The notes under the pieces were generated by a model. That model worked only from the letters and a program-made list of their open reading frames with translations. It was not told the DNA's origin and did not search any database. This document shows positions 46,222 to 50,670 of a DNA stretch of 50,670 nt, in pieces. The stretch is from Octopus bimaculoides. Taxonomy: Eukaryota. Made by a program: the position numbers and the translations under genes. Location: positions 9,780,911 through 9,831,580 of the forward strand of contig NC_068986.1 of the NCBI RefSeq assembly GCF_001194135.2. Direction: 5' to 3'. How positions within the stretch are numbered: position 1 is the stretch's first letter; the number at the start of each line of letters is the position of its first letter.

Positions 46222-46994
46222 CAATTTGTCATGAAACAAAAACAAAACCGGAAAGTATATTTAACATCGATTTTAAAGTCCAGTAGGTCTTTCGAGGGTC
46301 GTAAGTTCAATAGATAATTTCAGTCGTGGAGTCTGACTTTAATTTAAATGTTATTAATACCACTCAACAAATGGAAGTCACTTGGGCTGGCCTCAGTCAA
46401 AGAAATAAACGGTGCTGTGGCATACGTCGTCCTTTTTCCAGACATTATGGTGTAGTTTAAAGAAGATTCTGTTGCTATTTCTAGCAAACTGAGAGATCAC
46501 GCAAAACCTTCATGTCAGCAAGAACGATAACGTCAACAATGGACGCTTTTGATCTGTTCAAATTACATTATTTGAAATGTTTGTAAGTTCTTTATCATTA
46601 ATTTCCAGAAAAAAAACATAATAAATAAATGCGCGTTTCGTCATCAACAAGAAAAATAACATTATAAGTACATTATTTGAAAATAATCTGGTGAAAATTT
46701 GAGAAGCTTTAAGTGGTTGGGAGAGAAATTTAAGAAGAAATTTAAGAAGAGTCCCATCCCATTAAAATAATGTTTAAAATGTCTTAGAACTTCGACGGTA
46801 CGTTGAATAAATTTCCAAAACTAAGAATTCATAGTATAGTTTATAAGGGAGAGAATTCCAAGATACGGTCTTAGGTGAATTATTTCCCTTGTAATTAACT
46901 TGTGGACCTTTACTGACAAAAAGCTTTGCCGTCGCAGATGGAAATTTGTCTTACAGAGTTATCTAAAGCAGTGATTGGCCTCACTAGGTCACTG

Positions 46995-47330
46995 GTGTGC
47001 GTGTGTGCGTGTGCATACATGTGTGTGAGTGCGTGCGTGCGTGTGCATACGTGTGTGTGTGTGAGTGCGTGCGTGTGCATGCATATGTGTGTGTAATGTG
47101 TGTATGCATGCATAAATGCCTGTGTATGTGGTGTATGTGTGCGTGCGTGTGCATGCATATGTGTGTGTAATCTGTGTGCGCATGCATATATGTGTGTGTA
47201 TGTGCGCATCCATATGTGTGTGCCCGCGTGTGCGTGTGCATGCATATATATGTGTGTGTGTGTGCGTGTGTGTGCATGCATATATGAGTATGTGTGTTTA
47301 TGCGCGCGTGTGTGTATGTATGTGTAACGG
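46995..47330. repeat. Alternating purine-pyrimidine (TG/CG/CA/TA) compound microsatellite
   Basis: Seen directly. Confidence 0.92.
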
Positions 47331-47579
47331 ATATTCGAACCCCAACCGCTAGATACTCGGCTGTGGTATGATATGACTTACTCGGCTTTTCTAAAAGTTA
47401 ACCACTTGTGCCCTATAAAAGCAGTTTGGCGCTTAATTCATGACAGAGTGTTGAGGGCGGCCGACAGCTTCACACGCCTGACCTCTAGCCAGCTTAGACG
47501 ACCGACAGACTACTGAAACCACAAACTGCACCCTCCCCCACCAGTTTGGAGCAGACAGCTCACGGAACCTAAACACATC

Positions 47580-47737
47580 AAGGAGCGGACTGAATCGTCG
47601 GGCAATCGGGCACTGCCCGAGGGCCCGGAGCTCTGAGGGGCTCACCTTCTACATGTTAACTCAACCAAAACACACATTCAAAGGGGCCCAGTAAACATTT
47701 ATGCCCGATGGCCCTCAATACTCTCAGTCCGCCTCTG
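47580..47737. mobile_element. hAT-type MITE with 8-bp TSD
   Basis: gcggactga / tcagtccgc inverted ends; TSD aacacatc (47572-79) vs gacacatc (47738-45); repeated cgggca/gcccga subterminal motifs. Confidence 0.7.
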
Positions 47738-47964
47738 GACACATCCCGTGATGTTACACAAATAGGTTGGTTTTTTTTTGTATTTCCAGAGCAGTTTTCT
47801 TCGCTTCTCATTCGGCTATTATTAATATTGGTTTCGAATTTTGACACAAGGCCAGTAAATTCAGAGGAGGGGTTAAATCGTGTATATCGGCCCCAGTACA
47901 TGACTGGTACTTATTTATTGACGATTCCACCAGCACACCACCTTTCGCCAATTATAATAATCAT

Positions 47965-48115
47965 TAATATTGCTCATTGTAATTCCACCTTCGAATGAGA
48001 GCATGTATCCCTGCGCCGTAAAATTCTGTTGACTGTTCTCTGAGCGACTTCTTCACTACAGTTTTCACTTCCTCGTCACTGGACTATCATCTCTTCGGCC
48101 CCATGAATAAAACCT
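47965..48115. pseudogene. Mariner C-terminal remnant with internal inversion
   Basis: Minus strand SDEEVKTVVKKSLREQSTEFY directly abuts plus strand DYHLFGPM at 48082. Confidence 0.65.
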
Positions 48116-48484
48116 TGGACACAAAGTTGTTCACGCACGGACACAAGTGTTGTTGTCACTTACTGCACCAGAGACATTTTACATTCATTGGATTAAGGAC
48201 GCAGTCCAGTCATTAAAGTGTTGACATCTTCATTAGCGACTTTCCTCACTAAGAATATTTTATTCCCTGAGTACTATATTGTACCATTAAAACTGCATGA
48301 TTGCGACATATTTTTCTGATTTGTGAATGCGATAGTGAAGTAGTCTTTATCTGAGGATAAAGACTTTGATCATAGTTTTGATAAAGTAGCAAGGACTCTT
48401 CCTTAACAGTTACTAGCCATTTGCTGAAGCAATACAAAGCTTCAGATATGATTGTATTTGATGGAAAATGGCGTTTCGAAGTTT

Positions 48485-48810
48485 ACACTTTTATTCTTTT
48501 ACTTGTTTCCGTCATTTGACTGCGGCCATGCTGGAGTCGAACAAATCTTTAGTCGAACGAATCGACCCCAGGACTTATTCTTTGTAAGCCTAGTACTCAT
48601 TCTATCGGTTACTTTTGCTGAACCGCTAAGTTACCGGGATGTAAATACACCGACATCAGTTAACAAACGATGATGGAGGACAAATACATAAACACTCACA
48701 AATACACACACACACACTCAAGCACTCACGCACTCACGTACTCACGTACTCACGCACTCACGTACTCACGTACTCACGTACACAGAGCTTGCCAGCCGTT
48801 TCCGTCATTA
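48485..48810 (-). mobile_element. OR1-like SINE 3' part with (ACTCACGY)n expansion
   Basis: tcatttgactgcggccatgctggag...ttactttgctgaaccgctaag-like tail; 8-bp tandem at 48715-48785. Confidence 0.75.
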
Positions 48811-50161
48811 GTAAAATTGTAATTATCAATTATCCTACAATGGTCTTGTATGCACACAACATAAATCTAGTTATCGGCCAATTCATAAAGTCCCAAGTCA
48901 TTATTCAACGTCATAGCTTCAAAAGTACTGAACTGCACAGATGCTGAGCTTGATGATGGGATCCTACGGTCTCAGCTTTGTGGTGGTCCATTTATTTCTG
49001 TGTTGATAGCCACATCAGTTTTAATCTCGGCTTTGAAAATTTCTATGGAAACGAACATTTTGTCTTTTATTGTAGAAGTGAAACACGTGATGTGCAGCGC
49101 ATCAAGTTTAGCAGAAGAAAGATACAAATATAAAACAAATAATGAAATAAACAAACAAAAGAAATAGAGTTACACAAATTTTATTAAAATTTAATCATTC
49201 GAATATACAATTATATTCATTAAATAAATACTGATTTTGTTTTCTGGAAGTTCGATTGCAATCAAATGCCCTATATGGTTTCAGAAAACGGCGTTTTCAA
49301 GGGTATTAGCAGCATATCCGAAGTGGCAGGAGTGATTCAGTATTGCAGAAACGATTGACCATTATCTGACCACTTGTTAAACGGCGTTCGCCATAAGGTG
49401 TGAATAAATTAATTAAAAATGATAAATATACATATTTACACACATTCGTGCGTGCGCATACATGCACACATGCACACATAGATACACACACACACACAAC
49501 ACACACACACACACAAAACACATACACACACACACACACTTACACACACATCTGAAATGTTTCATTCAAATAAATCATTGATTATAATTCTACTGATAGA
49601 AGCTTGTTCTTCACTTGACTAATTTGTTTTTGTAGATGATGAAGAGTGACCATTGAAAACCATCGGGTCACTATTATAGGGGTCTTCGTTTCTACTAAGA
49701 GATTGATGTCAACGATGGGGTCTTGAAGAGTATAGCTTTGCACCTAAAATGGTAAAAAAACAACAACATGTGAATCACTTGATTAATCTGATTGAAGTTT
49801 ATAATAAGTCATCTGAAATCGATTATCCATAAATATTTTGATCAATCGAAACGACNNNNNNNNNNGAAATCGATTATCCATAAATATTTTGATCAATCGA
49901 AACGACTCTGAAGATCGATTGAATTTAACAGGAAAGTGTTTTGTAATAATCATCATTACGGCATATCGACACTGATGAAGTCGCCGCCGCCTACATCTTA
50001 TGTATGTAGAGCCAGCTGTCCTACAGAATGTCTTCTGTCTCCCTGTTACCGATTCGAACTCAATATTACAAGCCAATGAAACTCTTAGCAGTTTTACTCT
50101 GCTCCCACTTATCACTGCAACAAAATCCCGAAATAATTTCTTTTTTGTCATTCTCTTAAAG

Positions 50162-50315
50162 AAACCGAAACTATCCACGGAGTGTTAGGAATGGATTAAA
50201 GAAATATTTTACTACGGATGATGTTTCTAGAACGCTTCTTAGATTAAAGTTAATGGAACTGGTATTAGCTTGGACTTTCTTTGAGAAACGTATGGACAAA
50301 GAATGGTCAAGATAA
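50162..50315 (+). other. Weak candidate terminal exon (NRNYPRSVRNGLKKYFTTDDVSRTLLRLKLMELVLAWTFFEKRMDKEWSR*)
   Basis: Long polypyrimidine tract ending in AAG, then 50 open codons in unique sequence. Not recognised. Confidence 0.18.
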
Positions 50316-50500
50316 AATCCCATCTTATCTAACTGTTGACAGATAACTAGATTACTAGTTTGTAGGTTCAAATCTAATGCAGGCGACATATTACATTACA
50401 GGCCAATTTTTCCATCGACATCAACTATCGATTAAAAATTGGTAGCGTGTACATAATTGCACACACACACACACGTGCACCTACGTATGTACACACACAC

Positions 50501-50547
<47 letters not shown>

Positions 50548-50670
50548 TTTAAATTTGTTTATGGGAAACGTTTTGAATATACAAATAAAGCGCCTATTCC
50601 ATTATGCCGGCCACAGTCTGATGATGTTTGACTAATGAACCAGTTTTTCGGGGTCGTATCGAGCTGTACC

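Larger units (their letters stand above)
3698..49865. other. Assembly gaps (N-runs): 3698-3744, 7587-7901, 10099-10476, 13750-13902, 19409-19743, 20421-20847, 24327-24451, 27340-28177, 30308-31120, 34836-35012, 43350-43801, 49856-49865
   Basis: Seen directly. Confidence 1.

Noticed and set aside
49815-49906. 41-bp direct repeat flanking a 10-N gap, with nearby GAAAC/CTGAAGA motifs
   Set aside because: This is a typical unmerged contig overlap. The motifs leave no room for hammerhead stems I and III.

Overview
This is AT-rich, repeat-saturated animal genomic DNA from a gapped draft scaffold (12 N-runs). It is most likely Octopus, inferred from OR1-like CORE-SINEs and other repeat families I recall as typical of octopus genomes. 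I find no intact host gene, only a few weak candidate exons. Nearly all ORFs in the supplied track are microsatellite, gap or antisense-TE artefacts. The window contains about 30 tRNA-derived SINE copies of several families and decayed R4/Dong-clade LINEs (RT, CCHC, RLE endonuclease) sitting in (TAA)n tracts. It also contains RTE-clade LINE pieces, including a TSD-flanked 5'+3' bipartite derivative, mariner remnants, hAT/MULE/piggyBac-like MITEs with readable TIRs or TSDs, a Helitron 3' end, and many micro- and minisatellites. The most interesting signal is five minimal hammerhead-ribozyme-like cores in small Penelope-like elements. Two of them lie in a repeated composite made of a tRNA-like Pol III head, (AAT)n and a hammerhead tail, which looks like a ribozyme-carrying SINE. 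Family names come from motif recognition and memory, not database searches. SINE boundaries are approximate (about +/-20 nt) unless a TSD or TIR is quoted.
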